A stretch of 64,000 bases of DNA. Origin: a virus (Duplodnaviria > Caudoviricetes). The stretch is taken from positions 1-64,000 of IMG/VR virus record IMGVR_UViG_2609460227_000001, one strand, 5' to 3'. The position numbers were made by a program, and so were the translations under genes. The notes under the pieces are model-generated. The model had not been told where the DNA came from, did no database searches, and saw nothing but the letters and a program-made list of their open reading frames with translations. Of this stretch, positions 1 through 11,248 are shown one piece after another. Every line of letters begins with the position of its first letter. The stretch's first letter is position 1.

Positions 1-127
1 AGAACACGGGGCATTTGCCACACGCCCCCAGCTAACACCACAACCACAAACAAACCCAAACATTCGACCAAATAACAACATAACAATACAATTACTTGTC
101 ATTTTATCCTAACAAGGAACTATCACC

Positions 128-1596
128 TTGAACTCTACAAAGCTAATGCAAAAAATGGCCCTTGCGGCTGGCCACGCCACCAGCATGCCAAAGCTAGATG
201 CCGTTTTTGAAACATATCGGAAAGGCGGTGATCCTGAATCGCGCAAAGAAGGCCTGGGGCGTACCAGTTACGTCGTTACCGCAAAGGGTGATGAGGTGGA
301 GACAGCATTCACGATTGTTGATGCCTCGGAGCTAACGCCATCTAATACACTTGATGGCCGAATAAATCCCGACTTCCCCCAGGAACTACAACCACGGGAC
401 CGCACCCGTAAATCATCTTTACTACAGGTGGCCAAGATGGCCAATACCTTGCGGCCGGTTCAATTGGCTGATTCTGGCTTGTCATCGCATGGTGCACCAA
501 TTATCGGCCGGGATGGAGTTGTAGAAAGTGGTAACGGGCGAACACTGGGAATAATCAAGGCCTATGCGGAAGCAAAGCCGATGATTATAAAAAATACCTT
601 GTCGATAACGCCTCTCTATACGGCTGTAAGAGCGCAGACGTAAAAAGCATGCAATCACCCGTGTTAGTTCGCGTTCGCCTCTCAGACGTTGATAGGGCTA
701 AGTTTGCGAGGGATTCAAACCTATCTGACCTACAACAAATGAGCGCGGCAGAAACAGCCTGGGTAGATGCCGAGTCAATCAGCGACAAAATGATGGATCA
801 ATTCACCCCGTCAGATACCGGTAACATCATGGGCCGCGAAAACCAGGGATTCATTCAATCTTTCCTAAAGGAAGTTGGCGATAACGCGACGGCAGGCTTA
901 TTAACTGCAGACGGGCGTCCAACTAAACAGCTTATCGATCGGATGCAAAATGCCATCTTTGCCAAAGCGTACAAAAACGAAAAACTGGTGCGCCTGGTAG
1001 CAGAAGAACCCGATCCAGAGATCCGAAATATCCTAAATGCGTTGAATGGTGCTGCTGCCTCGTTTGTGCAGATGCAATACCTGTCCGGCGAGGCTCATAA
1101 ACAAACGTCATCATGGCTAGTCGATGCGGTGGAAGATATTGCAGACGAACAGGGATCAAACCAAAGTCTTGCCGATGAGGCCTTAAATTCGTTAGTGAAA
1201 GCTACGGAATTAGTGCGCCAGGCAAAAGATAGCGGGCAAAACATTGAGGAGCTACTGAGCCAGGGCGATATGTTTGGCGAGGACAACCCAGCCGCAAATG
1301 CCCTAGCCAGGTTTATTTCTGCTAATAATCGATCAGCCAAGCGCATGACGGCAGCATTTAAAGCAATGGCCACGGCGATTAATGATGAGTTGATCCACCA
1401 AGGGCAGGGCATGGACATGTTTGGCGGTGGTGATCGTTCGTTGGTGGAGATTCTGGCTGATGTTAGCCAGGAACTTGAGCGAGAATTTGGTGAGGGCAAT
1501 GGCTTTCAAGTAAGCATGTTTGAATCACTGAGCCAAGTAACTAGGGACCGATTAACAAAACATCGACTTATGTTCTCTAAAACGTGTTCTATTTGA
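128..1596 (+). CDS. ddrB: DdrB-like protein (ParB-like N-terminal domain); only the N-terminal ~half of P1 DdrB; split by an indel near 570-600
   Basis: ORFs 128..643 + 649..1596 carry GRTSYVVTAKGDEV, PQELQPRDRTR, DSGLSSHGAPIIG, ESGNGRT, NAIFAKAY and NNRSAKRM, matching P1 DdrB as recalled. Confidence 0.8.
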
Positions 1597-1681
1597 TTTA
1601 GTTCTCATGTTCTATTTTTCTTTTTCAAAGAAAAGATCCTTATTGCGATCTTGCATCAATGATGTGTGTTAACTCGTAGAG

Positions 1682-1755
1682 TTATCCACATGCTTGTTGC
1701 GGCTAAAAACAGAGGATTAACCTCTTATCCATCATGAGGGACGATTGTGGGTAAG
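1682..1755. promoter_or_regulatory. DnaA boxes of plasmid origin
   Basis: Perfect TTATCCACA at 1682-1690; one-mismatch reverse copy (TGTGGGTAA) at 1747-1755; upstream of the iteron array. Confidence 0.7.
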
Positions 1756-1767
1756 GGGTTAATAGAA

Positions 1768-1862
1768 TAGCTAAAAAAGAAGCTAAGGAGATCGCTAAGA
1801 TCAAGAGCTAAGAACAAGAGCTAAGAGCAAGAGCTAAAGAAAGAGCTAAAGGGGATCGCGCT
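1768..1862 (+). repeat. ~12-bp-period (GA)GCTAA repeats with GATC sites; probable unwinding element of the origin, followed by a GC-rich spacer
   Basis: AAGAGCTAA-like unit repeated ~7 times; DnaA box / GATC repeats / GC spacer / iteron order resembles P1 oriR. Confidence 0.6.
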
Positions 1863-1896
1863 AGGCCGCGTCCTGCCTGGCCTACGGGATTTTTTC

Positions 1897-2126
1897 GTGG
1901 ACAGTTTTTACCAAAAAGCGGGACAGTTTTTGCCAAAAGCGGGACAGTTTTTGGAAATGACGGGACAGTTTTTGGAAATGGCGAGACAGTTTTTTCTGTA
2001 ACCGGGACAGTTTTTGCCAACTAGCGGGACAGTTTTTGCCAAAAGTGGGACAGTTTTTACTGTGATGGAGGGTGCCTTTTACTGCAAACGGGGACAGTTT
2101 TTTCTGTAACCGGGACAGTTTTTGCC
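1897..2126 (+). repeat. Iteron array: ~10 copies of GGGACAGTTTT at ~21-bp spacing
   Basis: Cores near 1899, 1921, 1942, 1963, 1984, 2005, 2027, 2048, 2092 and 2113; directly upstream of rep; extra GGACAG/CTGTCC copies near 2188 and 2228. Confidence 0.9.
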
Positions 2127-2222
2127 ATTTTCCTTGGTGAACGGCAGGGATAAGTTGATGTTATTAATAGTGCCGCTGCTATTTCGTGGACAGTTGGATT
2201 GTGTTAATGTCCACGAAATGAC

Positions 2223-3332
2223 GTGGACTGTCCCACGCTGGGAGCAAATGGAATCATGAGTGAAAAGAAGAAGGGCTTTGAACTATCCAAGCCGCACAAC
2301 ATGGTATTGATGAAGTGGCCACGAGGCATAACTCCTATACAAATTAAAGCTGTCCACTTAGTAACAATGCAGTTAAAGCGGTGGATATTGAATACTGATT
2401 TCTTGCCTGACTTTTCAAAAGGCGACACCCTAAGTGCCTTTGATGCGATCAAGACATCTTTTGATATGTCGATTGATGATTTCGCAAAGGCTATGAATAC
2501 AACCAAGAAGGCTTTGACGGTTCCTGTAAAAGACAGAAATGGTGACGTAGTTATCCATAATGGATTCCCCAAATTACGGATCCAAGAGTGCTTTGACCAG
2601 ATAGAGCAGATTCGCTGTCATGTAGATAATTCTCGATATATTACGCCAACAAAAGGCCTGCAAATTGTTGTCAACCCGACCTATGACAAGGAGACTAACC
2701 GGGTTTTCTTGTACACAACGCCGGTAGTTGCTGCCATTCTGCAGGACGAGAAATTCATGAATAATTTCAGCATGGTTGATATGCAGTTGCAGATGAGCCT
2801 CAATAGCGTGATGGCCTCTCATATACTCGATAGAATTAGCCGCTTCAAAAAAGAAAAGAAGCTATTTGATTGCACGGTTAAAGACTTGATTGAGCAGTGC
2901 GGGATAGACGTAGATATTGACTCAAGCGGTGCTGTATTAGCCGTTCGGCGAGACTTTATTAAGGTCAATATTACCAGGCCGCTAAAGCAAATTGCCGATA
3001 AGAGCGATGGCATGTGGGAGTTAATTGGTACAGGTGCAAAGGTTACATCGAAGAAGCGCGGTAAGCTAATGGCCAACGATATAATTACGTTTGATGTTAA
3101 ATATCATGATCCACTAGCGAAGCCACCAGCTATAGATGAAGATATGAGCGAAGAACTTCACAAGGCAGCAGATATTTACCAGCGCATAATGCAGCCAAAC
3201 CCTGATGGGTCAGACAAGCCATCTCAGGATGAAATTCAATTTATGATGGCGCATGCAAAAGATTTAAGTGACGCAGGCCTGCCTTTGACTGATAAAGATT
3301 TCTTACACAATCTTATCCTTGTTCAATCGTAA
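2223..3332 (+). CDS. Plasmid replication initiator (Rep_3/RepB-like winged helix); likely start ATG 2256
   Basis: Adjacent to iterons; KPHNMV N-terminus and NNFSMVDMQLQMSLNS...ILDRISRF segment typical of Rep_3 initiators. Confidence 0.7.
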   Translation: MDCPTLGANGIMSEKKKGFELSKPHNMVLMKWPRGITPIQIKAVHLVTMQLKRWILNTDFLPDFSKGDTLSAFDAIKTSFDMSIDDFAKAMNTTKKALTVPVKDRNGDVVIHNGFPKLRIQECFDQIEQIRCHVDNSRYITPTKGLQIVVNPTYDKETNRVFLYTTPVVAAILQDEKFMNNFSMVDMQLQMSLNSVMASHILDRISRFKKEKKLFDCTVKDLIEQCGIDVDIDSSGAVLAVRRDFIKVNITRPLKQIADKSDGMWELIGTGAKVTSKKRGKLMANDIITFDVKYHDPLAKPPAIDEDMSEELHKAADIYQRIMQPNPDGSDKPSQDEIQFMMAHAKDLSDAGLPLTDKDFLHNLILVQS

Positions 3333-3338
3333 ATTTTG

Positions 3339-3367
3339 AAAACCGCCCAACTGGGCGGTTTCTTTTT
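3339..3367. terminator. Bidirectional intrinsic terminator between rep and ulx
   Basis: AAAACCGCCCA-AC-TGGGCGGTTTCTTTT hairpin between convergent genes. Confidence 0.8.
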
Positions 3368-3373
3368 ATCTAA

Positions 3374-3802
3374 TCAGTCAAATCGGTACCGTTCAAGGTC
3401 CAGGTCTTCAAGGCCATATTCAAATTGCTCGCCGTCGGCGTCCTCGTAGACATGAATGTTCGACAACATATTGCCGGTTTCTACCATGAAATCGAAATAG
3501 GCCCAGGCTGCGCATAGCGTGGTGGCGTCATCTTCAATGTAGAAATGTTTTGCGGTGATTGGCTCGTATTGGTCATCGAGCGTGAATAGCTCAGTAAATC
3601 CGTTACGGATCAGGATGTCTTTAACCGGCCACCAATACGCACCATAAGCACGATAAGCCAAAGGATTCTCTACCAGGGCCGTGATAATGCCGACGCAATG
3701 GTTAGTCACAAAGTCCGATTTAGTTAGTGCGCCACCTTCTAACGCTTCATCGATGAGCGGCTGTAATGCGTCAGGTGTTGGTAGCTGTACGTCTGTAATC
3801 AT
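3374..3802 (-). CDS. ulx: Ulx homologue (DarB packaging helper)
   Basis: NPLAYRAYGAYWWPVKDIL resembles P1 Ulx NPRLYRSYGPYWPEIKKLL; acidic C-terminus; directly downstream of darB as in P1. Confidence 0.75.
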   Translation of the reverse strand: MITDVQLPTPDALQPLIDEALEGGALTKSDFVTNHCVGIITALVENPLAYRAYGAYWWPVKDILIRNGFTELFTLDDQYEPITAKHFYIEDDATTLCAAWAYFDFMVETGNMLSNIHVYEDADGEQFEYGLEDLDLERYRFD

Positions 3803-3843
3803 GATTATTTCCTTAATTGCGCCCGCGAACGGGCGCATTTGTA

Positions 3844-6800
3844 TTACTGCTGCAGTGTTGCCAATAGTTGCGTCATATCCGAGTTGGAAGGAACAAACCA
3901 CCAGCTACCGGAAAACTCATCGCTGGCGTCTTTACCATATTTGGCTTCAAACTGAGACTTGATCGCCTCTTTGCGTTTGTACAGCACGCCTTTCATTCCG
4001 TTAACGTCCATCATGCCAAGTAATGTGTACGGCTCGAACGTTGTTTTACGACGGCCGTATTTGATCGTTACTGGCATAGTGTTGGTGTTGGCAACAAGGC
4101 CTAATTCCTTGAGTTTATCGCCAGCCTCACCAAGAGCAATATGATCGGCATTATCAAGGATCGCGGCCGTTGCCGGGGCCAAGGCCGCGACAGTATCTTT
4201 TACTTCTGGTGATTGTGCGGCGGCAATGTCCAAGATAGCCGTTTGTTTGTTATCAAACAGGTCAGACAGTTTACTGCGCACGCGCCATTCCGTAGCGTTT
4301 TCATCTAGTTCAATGGCTGTTTGTGCCTGCGTAAAGAGTCCGGCCCCAGCAAGGTCGGCCATCATCATCAATAGGTCGTCATTGTAGATTTCCATTACCT
4401 TTTTGAAGAAGGTAGGGAAGCTCACGTACTTGCTCGCATAAGCGGAAATCTGATTGATACGTTCTGTGCGGCCGTTGCTATCAGCGACTAGCGCGACATA
4501 GGATGCAAACTGACTATCACGCTTGCGCACAATGTAGTCCTGGCAACGCTCGGACAACACTTTGCTGTAGTTCAGCGTGACCTCTTTGGAGATCCGACTT
4601 ACATCATCCAGGTTCGTCGTTTTTGGCATGCGGGCCGACCACATGCGACGGGTTACAAAGCTATACCAAGAGCTAGAGTTGTTGCTTTCAATAGCTGTGT
4701 CGTACTTTTCTTTGAACTCTTGTTCGATGCTTTCAAGCGTTTCTTGCACCCAGGCGGTGATCTCACTGCTGGTGGCTACGTGGCCAAACTGATTAATGCG
4801 GTCCTTATAATCAGGGCCGAGTAGACGTTCTGGCCATGGGTAAACGTCCGGCATGCCGCCTGTGCTCATCAAGTGGTTAGCGCACCAGCGAGCAAAACGG
4901 GTTTGTAGTTCGGTATCCGATAGGTCCGGGTAAACCAGGTAATCGGCATCGTCTGCCATATTGTTGGTTTTGGCAAAGTCACCATCGCGCTCAATCAGGC
5001 CCGTCTTACTGCCACCTTCAAAAACCAAGTTGCCTTCTTTGGCCATGCGGATAAACGTCGTTCGGTCCATAAATGTCGCAATTTCTGGCACTGGGATCCC
5101 GGCTAGGCATCGCGCCACAAGCTCAGTTTCCTTCTCATCAACCTGTGCCTGGCGAGCGATGTCGGATAGCGAAAATGCTACCTTGTCACCTTTCGACTTG
5201 TAACGGCTGTCCGGCACAATAATGATGCCGTTAAACACGTTCTTAGCACGGTCAAAACTGAGGATATTTGCCGTCACTTCAACGCGCTCGTCACTCCATA
5301 CGTTAATCGCTGCCTTCACGACATAAGTCCCGCCAATGCGGGCTACAAGTCCATTCTGAGCGACATACAATTCCGGGCGAGTGAAAATGTCGCTTGAGAC
5401 ATTAATTAGACCGTCTTTGATGGCCTGCTCAACCAACGGCTTGTAACGCTTAATCGCTGATTTCGCATTACCAAGTCGCTTTAGCTGTCCCTTTGTGGCC
5501 AGCAATGTTTTACGCACGCCGAAAAACTCTTTCTGTGCGTCTTTGAGCATTTCCTTGCCCCAACGGTCATCACGATCAGCATAACGGTCAATGTCTTCCT
5601 GCTTTTTGGCTAATGCTTCTTCCAGGGCTTCGATTTGCTTTAGAAGGTCGCTTTCACTGACAGAGCTATCAGACACCGCTTTTAGGTAGTTACTGACGTT
5701 CACGCCTGCCACTCGGCGATATTCGGCGTTAATGCGTTCCTGGCGTAAGCGTTCGTTCTGCTCAATACGGCGACGGGCTTCTTCCGGGTCCGGGGCCAGC
5801 ATGATCATGTGTTCGTTCGGGTCAACGGCGTTACCGTTATCAACGGATTGGTCGCTGCCGGTGAACAGATCATTAATCCAGCGTGCCTTACGTTCGATAG
5901 TTGAAATGCGGAATTTATCGAATGATCCCTTGCCTGCGTAGTAATGAACCTTAACGGTTGATGCCTTTGAACCAACGCGGGCGCCTCGGCCGTTACGTTG
6001 TGTCAACGATGCAGGGGTGAATGGCAGGGTGAGGTGGTGAATATCCGTTGTTCCTCGGTGCAGGTTAACGCCAACCTCGCCTTTCTTGTTCAATACCATA
6101 AAACGGTATCGGCCCTCGTTGTATGCCGATGCCAATACTTCTAGGCCTGCTTCTTCCTGGTCATCATCAACACCCGAGCCCTTTTTGCCGGCTACGGTAT
6201 CTGAGTTAAGGATCCCGATTTCTTTGATGTCACAACCAACATAATCGGCAATGATGCGAGCCAATTTGATGTGTTGGGTTTTTTCTTCTGTGAATACCAA
6301 TTGCTTGCCGCCGTCCAGGTAGACATCTTTGGCGATCTCTAGGAATTTGGCATATTTCGGTGGTACAGGATGGCTGAATTTCGCCAGGCCGAACTTTTTC
6401 AGTCGCTTGATAACGTCTGGATCAAGGATGTCAGTCACTACCAGTTTGCAGCTAGTGGCGTCAGTTTCTACGCGGATTGTAGACTGCAGTGTTTTAGGTG
6501 CTTTTGATGGCTTCTCACCATCACTTTCACCCATGAACCCATCATCATACTGGCGCGTTTTTTGGCTGAGTAGGTCTTAGGCAGGTCTGCAGCTAACGTT
6601 CTTACCTTGTCTTCTTCATCGGCGGCGAAAACATAGGTCATCACGCCGTTGTAAAGGTCCAGGTCTGTACAGGCCTTGTCCATGTCTCGGATTAATCGAA
6701 AACCGTATCGTCTGGGTATTCTTCTGCGATCTCTTGGGCCTCGTCACTATCTGGATTCGACAGTGCATCAGCACGTTGACGTAGATTCTCGTAAATTTCC

Positions 6801-9800
6801 GCTTGTTCTTCGGACATATCGACGTAGTTGGTTTGCGTAATCAACTTAGGGATATGTACCGTGTCGCTAACGTCATCGATGTTTTTGATTTCGGTGTAGC
6901 GGTGGAATAGGGAACGTAGTGCATCGAGGTTCTGGAACCTAGCAACGCCTCTTTTGTCTCAACTTTGCCAGATAGCTTGTGAACGGCCGTTTCGCCGGTC
7001 TTACCAAACATTCGGATAAAGTCGTCACTATCGATGATGCCCATCTTGGCCCATACGGCCTGCGGGATGATCTGAGATAGCATGTTGAAGGCGTCAATCG
7101 GACTATTAACCGTTGGTGTTGCAGTCAGGCTATAACAACCACGATCGCGGTTAACGCGTTTTACGTAGTTATTCTTGATCTGCATATCCAGGGCCATATT
7201 CGCCGTTTGGGTATTAGGCAGGAACGCCAGGCGATTACCCATACCGCCCGACTTGTACGAGTTGCGGTAGTTGTGGCCTTCGTCTGTGATTACCGAGTCA
7301 ATTAGTAGGTCTTCAAAGTACGGAAGATCATGCTTCTTAGTTGAACCGTCATCAGCGTGCTTGGCGCGGAATTTCGCGTTTTTCGCTTGTTCGCGGTAGG
7401 TTTCCGCAATGGCCGCGTACTTGTTGGATCCAGCCACCAGCCCATTATCAACCATATCGCTAACGTTATCGGAGATCGTTTCTTCACGGAGCGGAATCGA
7501 TGCGAATACGTCTTTGGTCATAAACACCATCTTGGCACTAGAGTGCGTTAGCTGGTGCAGCTTGGGAGCGACTTTCTTGGTGGATGTATCAACTTCTAAT
7601 TTTGCTCGGGTTAACGGCTTACCATTTTTAATAACCGGCTGGCCTTCTTCGTCAAGGACCGGCTCACGCATAACGTTGCCGTCTTTGTCTTTGACTGGCT
7701 CAATGCCGATGAACACCTTATCGCCCAGGTTATTCGCACCGAAAAACGTATCGGCTTCGTGGTACCAGTTTTCCAGTACGGATTTAGGCACAACAAACAC
7801 AACACGCTTTGAGCGACCGACTTGGATGTTATAGGCGGCCAGGCCTAAGCCGGTGAAGGTTTTACCCAAGCCGGTGCCGTAACCAATGATCCCGCAGCCT
7901 TCGTCTGAGAATCGTCGGATTGTCGCGTTCTGGTAGCCCATTAGGTCAATGTTGCCTGATAGGTTTTCCAGTTCTAACGATGTGTCGTCATATTCTGGTG
8001 CGATGTAACCGTTAAAGCGGGAGTTGTATTCAGCCGCCACGGTGTCAGCGTGGTCGCTGGTGGACAACCAAAGCCCAAAATCAGCATCCAACTGACGCAA
8101 TTGATCACGAATGGCTGCCAGGCCTTCGTTGCCGCCACCGCCGCGAACCGGCGCTTTATTGAGGTAGTTTTCTAGTTGACGTTCAAAACGCTCATCCTGG
8201 TTATTGCGTTTCTGGCCATCACGCATTCGATAGCCGGTAAAGAATCCATCGTCACCGTCTGCCGGAACCACTTTTTCCGTGCCATCTTCACCAACAATGA
8301 CTTTTGAATAGTCAAAGTAGTCATACCCGCGAGACTGCAGGAACTCGATAAGAATCGACTTATCAATCCAGCCATCCGTTAACTTGAATTTAATGTCTGT
8401 AATGTCGGTCCATTTTCGGCGTGAATTGATTAGTTCAACCTGGCGCTGCAGGTTATTAGCAACATTGGTATCAAGTGCATTCTTGATGGCCATGTATAGC
8501 GTATCGAGTTTTGCTGAGATTTCGCCGCTGGTGGCATGGTGAATAGGGGAGATAGTGCCATCGCTATTAATGGCTAATCCGTCTTGTTGGGCCAGCCAGG
8601 ATAACAGTTGCTCATCACTCATATCATCTTTTGGATCCGTCATGGCCTTACGGAATGTGGCCACGTCAACGGATGTCATTTGCTGCTTATAGAAGGCGGC
8701 TGCGACTTGAGCGGGATCGGCATGGTCAAAATCAACCGTTGATTCTCGCTTTAATTTGCCATCTAGCAGGTCAGATAGGGTGCCGTTTTTATCGATGGAC
8801 TGAGCGAACGCATGCCAGTTCGCCAATGCGCCACCTTTTAGCTTTGAGGTGTGTTTCAGTTTGGTCGGCAGACCGAATTTTTCATATTCAGCGAATACAA
8901 GGCCTGCGACATTCTCACGTTTCATGGTCAACGCATCGGATAGGCCTTCACTGCCATCTTGCTGCGCTGCCAAGTTGCTAACATCACGCACCAATTGGCC
9001 CAACAACATCCCACGGAACGCACGTTCTTGCTGTGCTTCCGGCAATGCCATCGCCGCTTGCATGTTTTCAATGAATGCCGGATCACATTCGCCAGGGAGG
9101 TCGCGGTGAATGTTTTTAAGGTGAGAAAAGTCGGCCTTGAGCATAGAGGCCTGGTTAGCTGTCATCACTGCGATTTCATCAGTCGATGTCACGCCATAGA
9201 CTGCAGTATTGAGGCTACCAGTTGCGTCTTGCTGAACGGCGCTTACCCATTCGCCATTGTCCATGCGCATTTGCTGGCCGTTAATGATCTTGTATTCACC
9301 TTCGGCGTAAACGCGGGTTTCTGGCGCTTTGATTTCTAACGTTTCCCAGTCGATACGTGAATCAAACTTGTGGGATAGGGCGCGTTTAATGTCATCATCG
9401 GTGCGGCCACCACGATCAACAACTTTTCGGGCCCACGCGCCTTGTCCGACGGTATGCTCCGTGCCGTGGATGTACTTTTTGCCATCGCGTTGGTACCACT
9501 TGCCGTTAATCCAGGTATCCCATAGGACATTAGTCGATTCGAGCAATTCAACGCTGGCACGTTCAATGGAACCGGCGAGGGCGGCAGGGTGTTTGCGCCA
9601 AATTACCACGTCAGTGACAACGCTATCTGAGCCATTGTTACCAAACGTGCCGGTTGGCAAGCGTTGCGCACCCAAAAACTCCGCTTTCATGGCAATCTGA
9701 CGACGCCATTTTTTGAGTTTGGAGCCTTCGACAATGCGGGACGGTAATACCAGACAGATAAGCCCGCCCGGCCGAACCATATCAATACAGCGTGTTACGA

Positions 9801-10433
9801 AATACTGATCTGCGAGTTTGATGTCACGGTAACCCACGTCCTGAATCATAGAGTCATCACGCGGCCCGTATGGTGGATTGCCTACAATGGCGTCGAATTT
9901 CTCTTGTGCGAACAGGTTTTCAGATACGTAACGCTCAAATGTTGAATTAACTACGTGATCTTCGGGGTGGAGAATGGCGTTAATGGCCGAGCTTGTTTTA
10001 TCTAGCTCAACCGATGTCATTAAGGAGCCTTTCGGTTTAGTGCCAGCAAATACACCAACGCCGCCCGATGGCTCTAGTACGTTGCCATTCTGGAAGCCAT
10101 AAGCGGCCAGGGTATCCCAAACGCCGGAGGTACCCATTGAGGGGTGTAGTATTCATTAGTTGAGCCGCCAATACCGCCATTACCGGTATATTTCCGTAGC
10201 TCGGCGCGGTCTTCCTCGGTGATTGAGTTGGGATCCACGGCTGCGCGTTGGATGATTTTGATTGCCCGCTGGTTGGCTTCTTTACGTGCCGTGGCGATGG
10301 CCACGCGGTCTAGTTTATCGACACCGAAATTCACGTCGATTGGAGAGTAGAGGAACAAATCAAAGATCTGCTCTAACTCTTGGTACGTCTTCGCCGACTT
10401 TGCGGCGTCAATGAGTTTTGAAATATCAGTCAT
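3844..10433 (-). CDS. darB: DarB anti-restriction internal head protein (N6-MTase-like + SNF2 helicase), ~2200 aa, split by indels
   Basis: ORFs 10074..10433, 6841..10137, 6468..6683 and 3844..6534: VLEPSGGVG and GNPPY (MTase); GTGLGKT, DEGH, TATP, GEVGVNL and QRNGRGAR (helicase). Confidence 0.9.
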
Positions 10434-10450
10434 TGTTGGTATGCCACAGA

Positions 10451-10478
10451 TAAAAAAGCGGCTGCAAATGCAGCCGCC
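10451..10478 (-). terminator. Terminator in the darB leader
   Basis: Minus strand GGCGGCTGCA-TT-TGCAGCCGC followed by a T-run, ending ~18 nt before the darB ATG. Confidence 0.65.
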
Positions 10479-10649
10479 TAACCCACCCCCGCGCTAAACG
10501 TTATAAAAAAATTTACATACATTCCATGCAGGGAGAGTTAATTCTGTCCTAACAACAATCGTATATAAACACATAAAAGTTAAGTGCAATTTGTTGAAGC
10601 CTGAATATACAGACAAAATATCCAGAATTTATCACGTCTTGCGTTGGTC

Positions 10650-11110
10650 AGGCCTGGGTGTTCACTCTAAGGCACCAGTTATCACAAATTGGGGTGGCTT
10701 TGACACCTGTAGGTGTGATTTGTGGGATGTTTTGTTGAGGCAGTTCGATGCGAGCCTCACCCTGCAAGGGTTATTTGTTCACCTTTGGGGGTTATTTTGG
10801 TGTTGTTTCGGGGTTATTTTGGGTTTGCCTTTGTGCGGCGATCTTTTGGCTGGTGTATGTGGTGGTGTTTTTTGTGTCTTTTTATCACCTGTAGGTGATT
10901 TTTTCGGGTGTTTTAGGGTTGTCTTGTGCCGGCTCTACTTCTTGGGAGATCCCTTGCTGTTATGAATATCACCGATTGGTGATTTATGGGTGTTATTTTT
11001 GGCTCTACAGTGGGCCATTTCGTCACCTTTTTATTTTTTGGTGAATTTACAGTGCCCATCCAGGGGGTTTAAAAGCGCATAAAATACCCCCGTAGGTGTT
11101 AAAAAGGGGT
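10650..11110. repeat. G/T-skewed non-coding array of GGGTK/TCACC elements; candidate centromere-like (parC) region
   Basis: GGGGTTATTTT copies roughly 10-11 bp in phase (10768-10825); palindromes ACACCTGTAGGTGT (~10703), ATCACCTGTAGGTGAT (~10884), ATCACCGATTGGTGAT (~10968). Confidence 0.45.
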
Positions 11111-11248
11111 AAGTTATGCACTTTCAAGGCGCGCAACCAAAACGCCGTCTGACATTAATTTTTGTGTGAAAAACGCGCCATAGGTTAGAATTTACGGCGG
11201 TGTTTTTCCTAACATAAATTTGAAAGACGGAAAAAGGTTATATGAATA

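Noticed and set aside
1808-2128. Iteron array as CRISPR, and ORF 1808..2020 (KTVP repeats) as a protein
   Set aside because: The 21-bp period is too short for repeat-spacer units; the ORF is just the translated iterons
6841-10137. MTase-helicase as a restriction-modification, BREX or DISARM defence system
   Set aside because: Size, domain order and the ulx/prt neighbours identify it as the virion antirestriction protein DarB
10591-10965. 124-aa Cys/Phe/Gly-rich ORF
   Set aside because: TTG start, no RBS, and composition explained by the G/T-skewed repeat DNA
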